NCBI GenBank assembly: GCA_000934665.2
Contig: KZ538437.1
Coordinates: 1-64,000 of the forward strand
Origin: Catajapyx aquilonaris
Lineage: Eukaryota
DNA length: 64,000 nucleotides
Direction: 5' to 3'
The notes beneath the pieces are model-generated. The model had not been told where the DNA came from. It did not search any database and saw only the letters and a program-made list of their open reading frames with translations. This document shows positions 21,777 through 36,197 of this stretch, one piece after another; the stretch's first letter is position 1; every line of letters starts with the position of its first letter. Made by a program: the position numbers and the translations under genes.

Positions 21777-24700
21777 CTGGAAATAGAAATGGCAAATTAA
21801 ATTGAAATTGAAATTGAAATTCTTTAGGCTGTTTGTACAGTGAAACCGGTGAAGTTGGACACCCTCATAAGTTGGATCCTTATGCTGGTCATTGTTCCCG
21901 GTCCAACATAGAAAAGTTTCACTATGTATGGAGTCTTGGAGCCCTGATACGCAATGGAAAATTAATATTTTCCTTTCCTATATGCGCACATCTTCATCCC
22001 CTTTGGCAGAAAAGTTGTTTTTGAATCTTTAAAATGTCTCCAGGATATGCACGCATTCCAATTAGGAAGGCATTACGAGAAAGGAGGCGAGAAGGGGACT
22101 AGGATCCTCAGGAATCAATCCCATTTCACGTTTCATGCCCCTGGAATCGGAGCTCTCCCTGACAAAAGGCGCCCACTTTAAAGGAGCTTGGCAATTCCAG
22201 AAGTGCAGAATTCCAAGTCATTCGTTAGCGTTGGTATAGCTCCCAAGTCCCTTCTTTTCCGGGGCCTGTTAGAAAGGAGCGCTTTGAGCGATATCAAGTA
22301 CTAACTTAAACTCATAGGAAAGTAACATTCCTTGTATGCTTCCTGCTCGAGAGATACGGGGAATTGCCGGAATGTGCGTGGTTCCGGAAAGTGGAAGATG
22401 GGAGCATGTCTTGTCGTGAAAATAAGGAACGGAAACTCGATTAACCGTTAAGTAGTCCTTCACTGGCCATCATTATTATTCTGTTTGAAATATTGTTGCC
22501 TAGAATCATTAGACCCAGTGTAATTTGACACCACTTAAGCACCGCCGCTTTTCCAACCGACCAATCAGCAACAACGTAATGGCTAGAAAACCCGCCATTT
22601 TCCAGCCTCCGTCAAGAAAACCGGTAAACGAAACGGACTCCTCTTGTAGTCCATCACCTCATTTGACTCCTTTTCCTCCACCAAGCCAGGCCCAGCGAAA
22701 CAAAAGGGATTCATTAGGCGAAGGGGAAGCGTCTCATCCGTCGCTGTCACCGACAAGCCCGAGTCTCAGTTAGGCCCGGAAGTCAATTAAACCCGCCCGT
22801 CGGGGCTCCCAAGTCGTGTGGCGGTTATATGCTCGGCTCCTACCTTTTTGTCCCATGCCAGGGGGACCCTAAAGAGTGGGGACACGGGTGCCCAACCGAT
22901 TGGAAATAATTGGACTCGACGCAATTTTCTCCGTCCGCTGACTGTCAAGTGCAGGGCAAGCACGGGTGACGCTTTTGTTTGCATCGTTTTATCCGGTAGA
23001 TGTCAGGGAGGTCGGGGGACGCCAGAGGGCGCTGAACGAGATGGATTCCGTTTGGTTTTGTGGATCATGTGGATAAGAAGGCGTTTAAATAATTTCTTAA
23101 CAAAATAGATGGTAACTTGAATACACACTTATTCATATATAGAACAACCTGTAGATTCCTGTACTCTGTACAGGCTCTGTTAGATGTCATGGGTCTGTCT
23201 AGTTCTAGACAGCCTATATAGAGAGAGTGACTGAAAGGGCTCGAGGATGCGTGTAAGTGAAGGAGATGGATGTGGTTTTGCTTTTGTGGACAAGAAATAG
23301 GATTTTGTAGAGTAGGCGGAGTAGCAGTGTGAGATTTAACCCGATGTACTTTGCTGGAGCTTGTCTTTCAGGAGGTCTTGAAGCTCTGCGGTTTGCAGGC
23401 TCTGTGATTCTGAGCTTCTGAGAGATGAGAGAGACAGAGACTGAGAATATTGTATGTGATGTAGACTTAAGCCGGCTTCTACTGAGAGATATTTGACAAT
23501 TAATCCGTGCAGTTAGGTCATGTAAACATATGTTACGTACAGTGCGAAATAGCAGAATTCAGCCACTTGCTATTCCGAAATTAGTATCATATTTTGTGTT
23601 CCAAAAGAAATGTCTAGGTCGTGGAGGTCAAATGGGGGTTAAAAAGCCTATACTTTTGAGCTATAGATGCTTGAGTGCTATGCGACTTGTTCAAGCAGAT
23701 GAAACTGTAGGGCCAACCCCAAGCTTTCTCATCAAGTCTTATTATTTTATGCTCACAAAGAGCGGACGAGGGTTAAGTGCGGGCGAGGGGTTGGCAAGGG
23801 AGTGAGGGTTCTTAACTTGCCAACTTGGGGGCCTTTCAAGTTGCTACCTGCCTGAATAGTTTGTGGGTGTTGCCTGCAGGAAAATTTGCCAGTGGAGACG
23901 GAGCATACCCAAAATTAAACTGATTAATATATGTGCGGCCCACTCAAGATATGCGTAAAGTCACCTTCAAGGCGCAATATTTATCTTCAAGTTTAAAGAG
24001 GAAGCAAACAATTCAAGAGGAAATCTTTCTTGTACTTATATCATCAAGGCTTATATTTTTGATCGCATTACCAAATTGTGCACCTTTTCATTCTGTGCTT
24101 GCATGCATGTTGACTGTACATTGTTGGTCACTAACCGCATACTCGTGTATACTGTGTGCAGCAGAGATATACCATTACTGCACCTACACAGTGTAAGACT
24201 GCATGCGATTATGCATGATATGTCACATGTACAGCTCCAACTCCGTAAATAATGGGGGCTTGTGAAATGTCAACGAGGGCTTGTTTATCCTGAGAAGCGC
24301 TCTTTTTTTAATGTCTGTATAGTACTATAGTTGAATCTATATTCAACCCGGTTTTGTATTATTTTGCCCGGATAATCGGAACTGGGAATTATACATACAA
24401 TGCACCGCATTGTTGAGTCCCGGATCTGGCGTTGCTCACTGCCGGACTAAATATTAAGGGTAATAGTGTATTATCCTGGAAGCTTGGCCAGATACTGCTT
24501 CCGACAGAGAGGGCGGAAAAAGTTGTTTGCAACTATTGTTTTATATGCAGAATAATTATGGTAATAATTAAATTGAAGCATTAAAATGCTAAACCTGACC
24601 AGAAACAAAAGTTGGAAATGTTATGAAAATGAAGGACTGTGTCGTTCTAATCTACAAACAAACAAAATGACAAATAAATGAATAAGTAAGTAGCCTAAAT

Positions 24701-26459
24701 AAACAGGTAATTTTCTGGACTTTGAAAGGAGGTGATAAATAATTGATTGTATATCTAAAATTTCCTTCCAGTTTGAACATGGAATATGTCCAGTATCGGA
24801 GTATTATTTGCAGTACATTTCGAAACATCATCTAAAAAGAATTTGGTGGTACGTATAGTAAAATCGACTTTTGAATGCGATTTCACATTGCTGAGCGATA
24901 TTTGCAGTTGCGGAAACGACAAAAAAGAGCATGGAAAATCCATTACTGGGAAGTCACACGTTTTTTTTTTAGCAAACTCGTTTTTCCTTGATTCACATTG
25001 TTTGCCAGTTTTTTCAACCGATCCTGGGTGATTATTGCTGTTTGCCACCGATTTTTTTTCCATTCCCCCCCTCTAGCGCTGTATGTGCCGAACTTTGAAG
25101 AGTAAACAATCGCAAAGTTACTGGTCGTCGATAATGTGCAATACGCCAACCTCCCCTGTAAACAAATCGAGTAAAAAAAAAACGTTTGGGGCGTTGTCGG
25201 ATTTTCAGATACTCTCTCATAAAACACACCCTGCGAGCACCAATAATGTTTGTTTCGCCGAGTAAAAACGAGAGCGAAAAAACCCCGATTTTTGCAGAGC
25301 AAGTGCGGGTAACAGCATTTTTTTTTTTGTGAACAACCCGCAGTGGTTTTGTACTTTTGTCTTCACTGGTGCGGCCAATTTAAATCCGGATTACTCTGGG
25401 AACATACACTATATTGCGTTTTGACTCTACAGCAGTATTATAATCAGTAGCCAAATTTTAATTTTTTTTGTTCGCGATTCACAGATGACCGCTTTGGTGA
25501 CCTACAGTTTTTCCATTGAAGTTGAAAGAGTGCTTAGAACCGGGTTTGTTAATAACTTTGAAATGAATGGCGGACTTTGGGTAAGCTGGATTACTATTCT
25601 GCAGTGTGCAACAAAGTGTGTAAGTATAACGACCTTATGTTACAAACAATTCGGTGTTTGCGCCAGTGAGTTTCTGATGTTATTCAGAGTTATTCAGAGA
25701 GAAATCTGCAAATTGAAATTGTTGCAGCTGTTCAAATAATTGATTTTGTCAAAATAAATCATTTAAGAGTGCTTTTTCGTGAAATCTTTGCATATTTTTC
25801 GCAACAATTTTGCAATCCTGAGTCACTCACCTACGATTGACAATAGGTATGCGTACCTTTCAGGTGCTGAAAAAAAGCTCGATCGATCCACATACCTGCT
25901 GCGATTACATGCATTAGTCTATTCGTACAGTACCTGCCTCCTACACTACTTTCTTCAGAGGGGAAAAAGGACAGCCTAAAACTGGGCTTTAACTCGAACG
26001 AGACTTGTCCCCCCCTCCTGGCAGGTCTCATGAATATTCCGATGATGACCGACCGTCATGCCAAAATCCCCCTGGCTTCTGAGCCTGGTCATTACGGGAC
26101 CTGAAGAGGGAATTTGGTGGGGCTCGCGGACAATGTGAACAGGCTTAGTGTTGGATAGATGGAACTCGGTTACCACCACCAGTGTGTAAGGTCGGACCAC
26201 ACCCCGGGACTGGATTTAGGTAGGGCCTCCAAATGAATATCCGGGGGGGTTAATCAAGTTGTAGGATAATAGATTTTTGTTGGTACACATATGTTTCATT
26301 CAGAAAGGTCAGCCCTGTGTTGAGCTGTAATCAGGTTCGGTGTATACGCAGTGTAGATAATATAAAGTTTACATGATGTTCACACCGTTGCCTTTGGGTC
26401 GTTGTCGTTGAAACCCACCATTCATCCTATTTAAACAAAAATTACAAAATGTTGCAATG

Positions 26460-26605
26460 TACTATGGGGCTCAAATTATTTTGGCCGCTTTATCCTGGTC
26501 TTGAAGCAACCCGTCGCACAGGCCCCACGGTGAGCAGGTTTGTGTGTGTGAGGGGTTGCTTCAAGACCAGGATAAAGTGACCAAAAGAATTTGAGCCCCA
26601 TAGTA
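26460..26605. mobile_element. Palindromic MITE with ~53-bp arms and TA flanks
   Basis: TACTATGGGGCTCAAATTATTTTGGCCGCTTTATCCTGGTCTTGAAGCAACCC ... GGGTTGCTTCAAGACCAGGATAAAGTGACCAAAAGAATTTGAGCCCCATAGTA. Confidence 0.8.
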
Positions 26606-26634
26606 TACGTCGTAGAATTACGAAAAGTTTCAAA

Positions 26635-26990
26635 TTTATTTACTGTGCTGTATTTATAGTTATTTATTTTCGAATTTATTTATATTTCCTGCATTAGTTA
26701 TGAATTAATTAATTAATCGCGAATTTACTTATTTATGAAGTTATTTATTTGTGAATTTATTTATGAATTATTTTCCTCCTTATTAGTTATGTATGTAATA
26801 ATTATTTATTTGTTTGTTTTCGAATTTATTTATTTGTTAATTTATTTGTTTGTAAAGTTATTTATTTATATCTTTTCTGATTATTTTATTTGTTTATTTT
26901 CTATTTATTATTCATTTTCTATTTTACTTATTTTCCACTTTTGTATTTACAGTAGACTAATTATACCATTTATTATTTATTTATTTGTGC
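26635..26990. repeat. (TATT)n low-complexity tract
   Basis: Degenerate TTTA/TATT repeats; they explain the spurious F/I/Y/L-rich ORF at 26735-27061. Confidence 0.85.
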
Positions 26991-27746
26991 CAAGTCCAAC
27001 ATTTTCGCTCACGGCTTTTGTGCAGCCATGTTTAGTCCAAACGGTGTTTCTCGGAAATTAAAACTACTTCATATTTCTCACACACCACGATATAATATGT
27101 GATTGTCTCGAAGGGTCAGCCAGCAATTACGTGTCCCATTTTCGCCAAAGTGACGTCACAGATCCGTAATTTGACACCTCCGTGGCGTCCAATCACATCA
27201 GAAAGCAATGGCTCTCTCCAGAAAAAGTCGCGGCAAAACGTCAGTAAGAGGAATAGAAAACGCAATTTTACGGGGGCAGGCAAGCAGCTTCTCATCGAGA
27301 CTCCTCCACCAAAGAGGCTGGTGGAAAAAAAAGAGGGCAGCAGCACCGCTTTTTGAGATCAAAACCCGCTTCAAAAAGCCTCGCAGAACAAAGTGATCGA
27401 ATCTTGTTCGTCGGGCAGGCAACAGCGCACAGGGCGAATTGCTTCTTTTGTACCCTCAAAAACCCCGAGCGACCTTTAGTACCACCGACGCAACCCATTT
27501 TCTGCAATACCCTGTATACGCTCCGATGCCAAACGGCATGAATGTCAATGCACTTTTGTATTGAAATGTATGGGATCAAGTGGCGGGGAAGAAAGCGCCA
27601 TTTTTACTTATGGAGTAGGCCATGCGGCAAAATGAGGCCGCCATGTTTGGTCCATATCAGCCTGGATTATTTATGCAGCTACTTTTAGCTGTCATCGAAA
27701 GTAGTTGCAATTCGCAACTTTGATAAATTTTCAATTCCATCTAGTG

Positions 27747-27970
27747 TACAGGGTGTTACAAATTCCTGGGTCTTTTTTATAACTGATATCGCCCGATAGT
27801 AGTTTTTTTGGAGCTTGTTGTGCCTCATTCTATAGCAACTGATATATTCGACACCCTGGGAGTAATGGTGAACCTGGATCGGGGCACAACAAGCTACCCA
27901 AAAATAACTACAATACTATCGGGCAATATCAGCTATAAAAAAACGATCCACGAATTTGGAACACCCTGTA
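27747..27970. mobile_element. Tc1/mariner-type palindromic MITE with ~80-bp imperfect arms
   Basis: TACAGGGTGTTACAAATTC...CTGATATCGCCCGATAGTA...AGCTTGTTGTGCC pairs with GGCACAACAAGCT...TACTATCGGGCAATATCAG...GAATTTGGAACACCCTGTA. Confidence 0.8.
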
Positions 27971-30900
27971 TTTTTGATAACCACTAAAATCAATTGCTTC
28001 AAAGCTGAGGGCCAAAAATCGCTAAGCGCCCATTTTAATTGGAACAGCATGTTATTTATTTATTTAAATTTCACCTATATACTGCCATTGGAGTTCACCA
28101 CTTCCAGAAATTATTTTTCGGCTGGAAATGAGCCAGAAATGTTTGCTACTATCAATGGTTTAAACTATTGATAACTTTCCAGGCTATTTTTCAGCCGAAA
28201 AATATTTCCTGAAGATGGTGCAACTGGATAAAAAATGTGATATTTCCCTTGATGTATTGGTTCGGTTTGGAAACATATATACTTCGACCTTTTACAGCCT
28301 TCTGTGGGTAAAACGCTCTGAGATCGACCTATAGCCTTGCAAAAAAACTGCTCTATTTTTTGTGCAGGCATATATATTTCTGCGGAACTCTTGGTGTACC
28401 GCTGAGTGACATGGGGCCAGCTGTTTGTGAAGGATGGTGGAGCCATTTGGGAATGAAAAGACGAAAGAGAAATAGAGATGGCCACAAAAAAAATAGTAGA
28501 GCCAAAAGCGAAGGCGGTAAGAAATTTTCCTGCCCGCCTTTAGTGCACTTTTGGAGATGAATATACGCTTGGTAGATGTGTACTTTGTCTTAAGTGCGCG
28601 GCAAAGGGGCCTGACACTGCAGATGTTTCAAACGCAGGCACCCCGGTTGTATAGGTCGCAGATAATGTCTTGAAATACCCCTAAAAACTGCGACTGTTTT
28701 CTGGCCGGGTGTCGTAAATCGTATGTTATCTAAAAACCTGGCTCGTTACTGCATCCAGGGTGTGAATATCGGCGCAAAAATTCGCCATCGTATATTACAC
28801 TGATAAGAAAATATTGGAATTGGGGGGGGGGGGTGCCATAAGGTCAAAATATTATTTTAAATATATACGAACGTATTGAAACATTAATGGTCTAAATTAC
28901 GTCCGGAAATAAGTGTAATTTTTTTAAAAGACTTTTTGCCTGTTTGCCTTTGGCGTCTTGGAAGGTCCCAGTTTCAATTTGGGGAGGGTCTCTCGTTGGG
29001 ATGGGGTCTAAGGAGGCGTGATGAGAAGGGCCTGCTAGCTGCAGGAATTAGCGCGGAAGCTGTGCCAGATGCAGTGACTTTGATGCCCAGGTAGTAGCCC
29101 GAGGGGGGAACTTGAAAGGTTGGAAAAGGGGGGGGGGATCCTCCTCCAGGGAAATTTTGCGGTTGGTGAGACAGGATATTGGGTTGGACACTAAGGAATT
29201 CAGTATCTTATTGGGACATACAATATTTAAGTTTCCTTTGAAATCACGAATGAAATTAAAGATGGGACGTTAAATTAATTACATTAAGAAAGTTGGGTAG
29301 GAGCTCAAGGTTGTAAAAGCCATCAATATTGCTGTAACAAATGCGTTGTTTTGCCTTGCTTCTGAGCACAAGACAGGTCGATGTTATGTTTGGGGTATAA
29401 TAAATAGCCCCCGTTTACTAGGTTCAACCTTGTAGGTTGGTTCATTTTGTAACGCCTCTCTCAGCACATCTGTGGCCCATCAATACTCAGGGCCTAAGAT
29501 ATCCTCCATATAGACTTACTGACACCAGGTACGTTTTCACTTCCGGTTAGAATGTGTCGATAAAACTTCCTCGGACGTGAAAAACACATCAATATCAATT
29601 TGGACACCACTATACGATACAGGGTGGTGCAAGGCTCCAGATATTGTTCGAAAACAGTAGTTTCTCCCATAAAGAACTACAAACCACTGTAAATATAGCC
29701 TAAATAATAATTTGCAAAATTTAGGTACCCATACAGAAAAATTTAAAATCTTTGAGCAAATTTGTTTGGAACGGAAGTTAGATACAGAAAAATATTAAAA
29801 TTTTCAGTACTTGCTCTTTGTATTCGGTGTCTGCTTTCTACATAAGGTTTTCACACTTCCTGCTTACTGAATTTTCTCAGCCCTTGTGTTTTCTTTGCCA
29901 AGGTAACGGAACGTTGTATCTGAAATCAATTTTACCCCCAGCCCTTTTGCTTGCTTCCACACTACACAGCATTATAATGAACGTTACTTGGCAATCACAG
30001 TTCTTGTTTGCTTCACTCAGCAAGTCTGTTTCGTTCCACCTTACTCTGTATAACTTTGCTACACTTTGATCTATTCCTTTATACCATTTTTTTATTCACT
30101 TTATTCAGTCTGGGAAATTGCTTCATATTTTCATATGTTCGAAGCTGGGATCGATCTGAATTCAGCGTGATTAAAAAGCGTAATTGATTCAATTAGAGCG
30201 AAGCTTTTTGCGAGGGGTATCCAGCACTTGTATGCCCCGGTGAACTTTCATATTCCAAAAATTTTTGTCAACCATTTTTTTCCCGGCCATATACGTGCAA
30301 AAGAGCTGAGACCAACAGGAAATTTACGACCTGCGAGATGAGAATTGAAACGGTTTTTACAGCTGTGCAAATCTGGGTAATTTCTCAAGGGTTTTTGGGA
30401 CCCTATAAAACCCGGTTGTATAACGTGATTGCGAAAAAATGGGTTTTAGATTTCATATATTTAGCAATGTTTGCAAAAAAAATGGCTGCAAATTTTTTTT
30501 GCACGGAAAGCTATTTTAGTATGAATCATATCCCTCGAGAGTGTCATACTCATAAGGTTTCAAAGCTAGAGTTGAAAACTCTTTCACTATACATGCGTTA
30601 TCCGATGTATCTCATTACGTCAACGAGCACCAGGCTTTTTGCTGGAGCGAACAAAAAAAAAAGCTCGGTAGTTGAAGTATGGTGAGGAAAGGACATGTTT
30701 TATTTATTTCATACATTATTACTCAGGTTGCTTCGAACTCATGCATGGTTTTTGCATCTGAATTTCCGCTCAGTGCATTTAATCCGCGTGATGTTGTGGA
30801 AATGTGTGCAAAATTTTCTTTCCCAAAAATTTCACTTAAAAACTAATATGCTATAGGAAATTTGAAAATGTCCGAAAAATTTATTATGCCCGTATGTGTC

Positions 30901-33900
30901 ACATGTTCACTGTACATCGACTGAGCATTGCATATAGGCAATTCTTTTGGTCCCGGAGGTACCTAAAATAATGGCTCAACAATCACGAAATTGTGTGTCT
31001 CGCTGATTAAAAGTTTGGCTCGGCGTGAAAATATTAATACTTCATAAGCGGCGCCAATCCAAGGTGACCCTGTCCTTTACCAGCCATGCATTATAATCCC
31101 GGGTAAATCGATGGACGTGTAGAGCCAGAGCACACGTGTGTATGGGTCAATATTTGCTAAAGGATCAAATTAAATATGGTGACAAAATTTTGTTATTTTT
31201 CCAACCCATAATTTATTTTTGGAAAATATTTTACGGAAAATACATCCAGACTTAATTTGATATTTTAGCAAAAATGTTAGCTAATGGTTGTGCTAAATTG
31301 ACTCATCTTATGCCATATTCATTAGTGTAATACTGTACCTGACACATAATTACTATTTAATGCACTGGAACATATTTTGCCTTTACCAAAAATTGACCCG
31401 TACACAAATAGACTGGACAATGTGGAGGAATATTAAACACATTTATCAAGCAGTTATAACGTATTCATTTACTCCCAGTCGATAATATAACAACAGTTCT
31501 GGTTGCATAAATAGATCTCGTGTGCCATATTGCCCGTTTTGTACATGAGAAGAGGGAAAGTATTTAATATGCATGACAGTTTGAACGAGCCGATTTTTTT
31601 TTGCTCCAAACAGGTGGTGTTAATTAATCTGTGTATGTGTTGAATTAGCATTTTGATGGCGTAATTAAAATTTGGTGTTGAAAGTTGGTGGCAGTGATAA
31701 CGCTGCAATTAATAATTACTGGCATTTGAACTGCTCGTTACTAACTTTAGTGTAGTAAGCTTAACACGCGTATGCTGGGAAGGCTCGCTTTTTCTTTAAC
31801 GTAATACATGCACTTAGTATACCGGTACCGTATTAAATGACGATTTTATTGAGGCTTGAAACAAGCGCCGAATATTAAGCTGTACATTCTGCATTTAACG
31901 GGGTTGAATAATTAAATAAATGCATAAGTGCACAATTAAATACATGCATGCATGAATTAATTAATAAATATGTATACATTGAAATGATGATGCTCAAATG
32001 ATTTTTTAAACGCCAGATTTATTGAAAAATCAGCAATAAAGCCAGCCTTTGATGGCCAGTTAACACCAAATCAATAGTCTAATAGTATCTTAATTTTAAT
32101 CCCTAATTAAGGTAGGACTGGAGGGCCAGACCGGTTATTCCCAGCAATAAAAATTATTGCTCTCATTTTTAGCAATCGCGTGCTTCCCATAGGATACACC
32201 TTTGGGAGAGAATATTCTCGCTATAAATTTCTCCCCGAGATTCATTAATTTCGTGCCCGAAGTAGAGCAGATTACGAAGCTATTTTATCTAGCTACCGTT
32301 CTGGACACCCCACTCCCTGCATTGGAATTTGGCGAATGAAAAACGAGTAACTGTTGCATGCTGCCAGGAACGAAACCAATCAAGGGCCCCACGGTTCCAA
32401 CAGAAATCAATGTCGCGATCATCCTCAACAATCTCATGGGTGTTGGAAGCAAAAAAAAAATTAGCATGAAACATGTTAAATGTGTGTTTCAGTTTTTTTT
32501 TTCTAGGTGCAACAATCACCCAAGAGGATACTTTTGTACTCTTTGGGAGAAATTAATTTTGGCGCGAATTGTGTTTCATAATTTCCCTTGAGATAAGGTG
32601 GGAAATATTAGTTGGCCCACCCTCCACAGTCTACAACATGGGTATAGCTAGATTTGCACGTTATTTTGACAAAAGGTGGCTGGGAAATTAAGGGGGGAGG
32701 GGGCGATGAGTGCGTCTTGGGGTTTGCCAAAATCTCATCAGGCGGTCCGAGCCCTTGGTAAAATTTTGCAGACTCGTTACGACCGGTGGCAACGACCGTG
32801 TTACCCAGGCTGTACCGGCATGAAATTGCGCATAACTTGGGCCTGGGGAAAGCCCGGAGTTTGGAATTGCGGAGGACGCATTGGGTGTATCAAATACCAC
32901 CGGATATATCGGGCTACCCTTTTTTGGGCGGGGAGTTGTGCTGGAACGATGGAGTTTTCTCAAACTTTTGTGACCTCGACACTCTTGTTCCGTGAACCCT
33001 TTCAACAAGGATTGGGTTCGTACAAAATTGTTTATTGGAGATTGTTTCCAACAATAGAATGTGCAAAACTGAAGCTGATAAAGCTGGAATAATCCAGGTC
33101 AAAAAGTTATGATGTGGAATTATTTTATTTATTTTATTAATTCGGTGTATTATTATTTTCAATAATTTACTTATTTGTATGATCCATCATACGGCTGAAT
33201 GTGCGCAGCAAATTTTTGCTTGCATGTAATACACTAAGAGCATGATATAGGTAGTGCTTTAATTGTTAATAAAATAATCATGGTCGCATGCACTAAAGTC
33301 ATGAGAATTTCATAATATTTTCGCATCCAGTCCTAGGCCTGTACAGTATAACAGTAGCCTACTGTGACAGTGTGCAAAAATATTATGACAAGTGATGAAT
33401 GTGTAGACTTTGCGCTAAATTGTTGTAACACCCGAACGACATTATTAACTTGCACACGTGGCAATGTCAAGTGGGAATTGACTTCCCCCTTTAAAACACT
33501 AATTTTTTTTACAATTATTTAAAAACACAGTAATTAACTAGCTAACAATGAACGAATAAATAACAAATAAATGATTATATGAACGTCCTGGATAATATTG
33601 AACAGCTATTTTATGCCGTTCTTTTAATTGTGTAATTAGTATAAAATTAGTGATTTTGCAATAACAGTAGGGCCTACATTGAAAATAATTATGGTAAGTT
33701 ATATTATGTTAAAAACGTACGGATTATATCCCGAGTCCCATAATCCTTTAACCTTTCAGAGCACTAAACTGGAATCATTAATGAACATAAATACATTTTG
33801 TTGCACTTAGCTGCTCAAATGTTGATGCCCCCGAACCGAGTCAATATTTGAGGTTTTCACTATAATTTTAACACCCCCATCGCTATTGCCCATATCGACC

Positions 33901-36109
33901 TCCCCAAAAATGGGTAAAACACTATAAAATGGACGCCCATAAATGCACCCCAAACTGTAGGATCCCCCTAACAATGGATATCTTCAGAACGTCCTCAAAT
34001 TTGGGGGCCCTGGTTATGGGCCTTTCAATACCCAAACCCCGCATCGCCGAAAAGCGTCTCTCCGTGTCTCTCCATCCCTTGGGAAGCCCCCTAATTAAAC
34101 CATTAGCATTTAGGTTGTCCAGGGCATTTGGGTCACCTGCTGTTAGAGACCCGGTGCATGGCTTTGCTCTCTGAAACCTCTTCGCCTGATTGTCCTACAG
34201 ATAAACTACGGCCGAATTCGGCGGAATGTAACAATTTGGTGCATACCAAGTTTTTTTTTTGCAAATTTCGCCGAATTTAGTTTCGCCGAATCCTTCCACT
34301 CTGGATCCAATTAGCGTTGTCATGATGCCTGTGCGGCTACCAAGGAGTCATACCGACTAGGGACACACTTGTGCATGTCCTCTGTTACTATACAGGATTA
34401 GTCGTGTAGCGTGCGAATTTTTTTTAGCGACGACTATAACGGCGTGCTAAAACAATTGCCTTGGGAGAGAAGAGAGTGGAGCTTATCCAGGCCTGATGCT
34501 TCTGGCAAATTTTATTGTAGTGTCGCTTCAGGTGCTTTCCTTTACGGATTATTCCTGTGGATGTTATGCAACTTGTTGCGTAATTAGTGAGATGGGCGAT
34601 GCCAAGTGTTGGACACAAAAATGTGATTATAGGGTGGGGCTGTGTCAATATTTGCACGTTTAATTTGTGCAGGTTCTGGTTACGAAACTCTAAAACCATT
34701 AGAATTAAATTGCAATTAAAGTAACTGAAAGTATTTCGTCATGTCGTGCCGCGAATTTCGGAAAGAATCAGCCTGCGCAATCTACAGATTTTCTTCCAAC
34801 TTAGCTATGTTGCAATGGACTAGTTAAAAATTGGGGCCACATTTATGTGTGGACTAATGTTTCTTAACACATCTGCCCATTATTGGCCAGTCCAATTAAG
34901 GACATATTTTCGAAGGTGTTGAAAATTTAAACATGTTTACCCCCAAGCCTCAAGCCGGGCTGCTCTCATTATTAAGTCAACAATTACTGTCCCCCGCACC
35001 AGTAGGTTACAGGGTGCAGTTTACCAACCTTTCCAAACCATCTTGCTCAGTAACGAACTACGTCATGAATATAGACAAGGAAATTTGCAGCCCAGATGAA
35101 AACATCAGCCCACATTACTCCGTTTTTTTAGGTCTGTAAAATTCCGGACTTTATTTTCCAAATATGTCCGGGCCTTGACTTTGCAACCGGAAAGCCACTT
35201 CATTAGCGAAGAGAATTATTATTTTCCATCCCTCCGGAGTTCGGTTTGTTTATCTTTCCAACTTTGCAAACGATTACTAGACTCCACGCGAAATCGATGA
35301 GGAATCGTGTGGGCTTTTGTTGCAACCTGGAAAACTTCAGGTTTTAAGTAGGAAAAGGTTTGGATATAGGAAAAAGCTAGACTTAGAAGAACAGCCAAAG
35401 GATGTTTTCTCTGGCCAAATTGGGAGAGAGAGAGAGGGGGGGGGGGGGTTAAGTTTGAAGAAAAAAGTGTGGAAAAAAAATTATCCTCACTTTGCCTGAG
35501 CGCAAAGTCTCTCCCGAGCTGCTTCCAGTGTCAGCTTATCTTGAAGGGTTCCTATTATCATGGTGGCTGGCTTCTTCGGATGTTCCTGATCTGAAAATAG
35601 AAAATAGGCTTGTTATATATATATTTTAAAGAAAATAGACGGCAGTAAAAATCTGTGCAGGTTTTTAATTTTTTTTCTCTCTCTATGAAATAAAACCAGG
35701 CTTCAAGATCACTCTTCTCCCTGCCACAGTCAGGATCTGTTATTTGGCCTGGTTCAATTTGATTGTTGCCACTTTCAGAGCTCAATTTTCTTCCATTGAG
35801 AGCAAAGTGCCTATAGAGTCGCGTGAAAGCCGAAGGAAAAAAGAAAGTTTTTTTTATTGGCCAAGTATCTGAGGGGAGCTGCTGCGAGAAGCTATATACC
35901 GATGTGTGTGCTCGACTTCTAAACTTTTCTTCAGAAGAAGCTTCACCCAATCATTATTGCAGGAAGGAGATATATTTCGCCAAGTTGGTAAGACATAGAT
36001 AGGGCCTATATACACTCAAATTCATGTCTAAGTTCAACAAGAGTTTGTCAGTTCACTAATTGTGCAAATTTTGCGCCAATAATATCTTTACTTTTATTGA
36101 AATATACAT

Positions 36110-36197
36110 CTGTAGTTGCTCTTCCTATCCACCAGAGGCGCTGCCTCCCCATTGCGCAGGCGCAGCATTCGGAAGCGATATATGGTCCAATCAGAAG
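36110..36197 (+). repeat. Dispersed ~80-90 bp repeat, copy A
   Basis: CTGTAGTT..CCACCAGAGGCGCTGCCTCC..ATTGCGCAGGCGCA..CCAATCAGAAG; homologous to 37385-37459 and 63143-63232 in reverse orientation. Confidence 0.75.

Noticed and set aside
23215..23460. Possible decayed LINE 3' fragment on the - strand
   Set aside because: Only a compositional impression; I could identify no reverse-transcriptase motif.
26735..27061. 108-aa hydrophobic ORF resembling a membrane protein
   Set aside because: It is a translation of (TATT)n low-complexity DNA.
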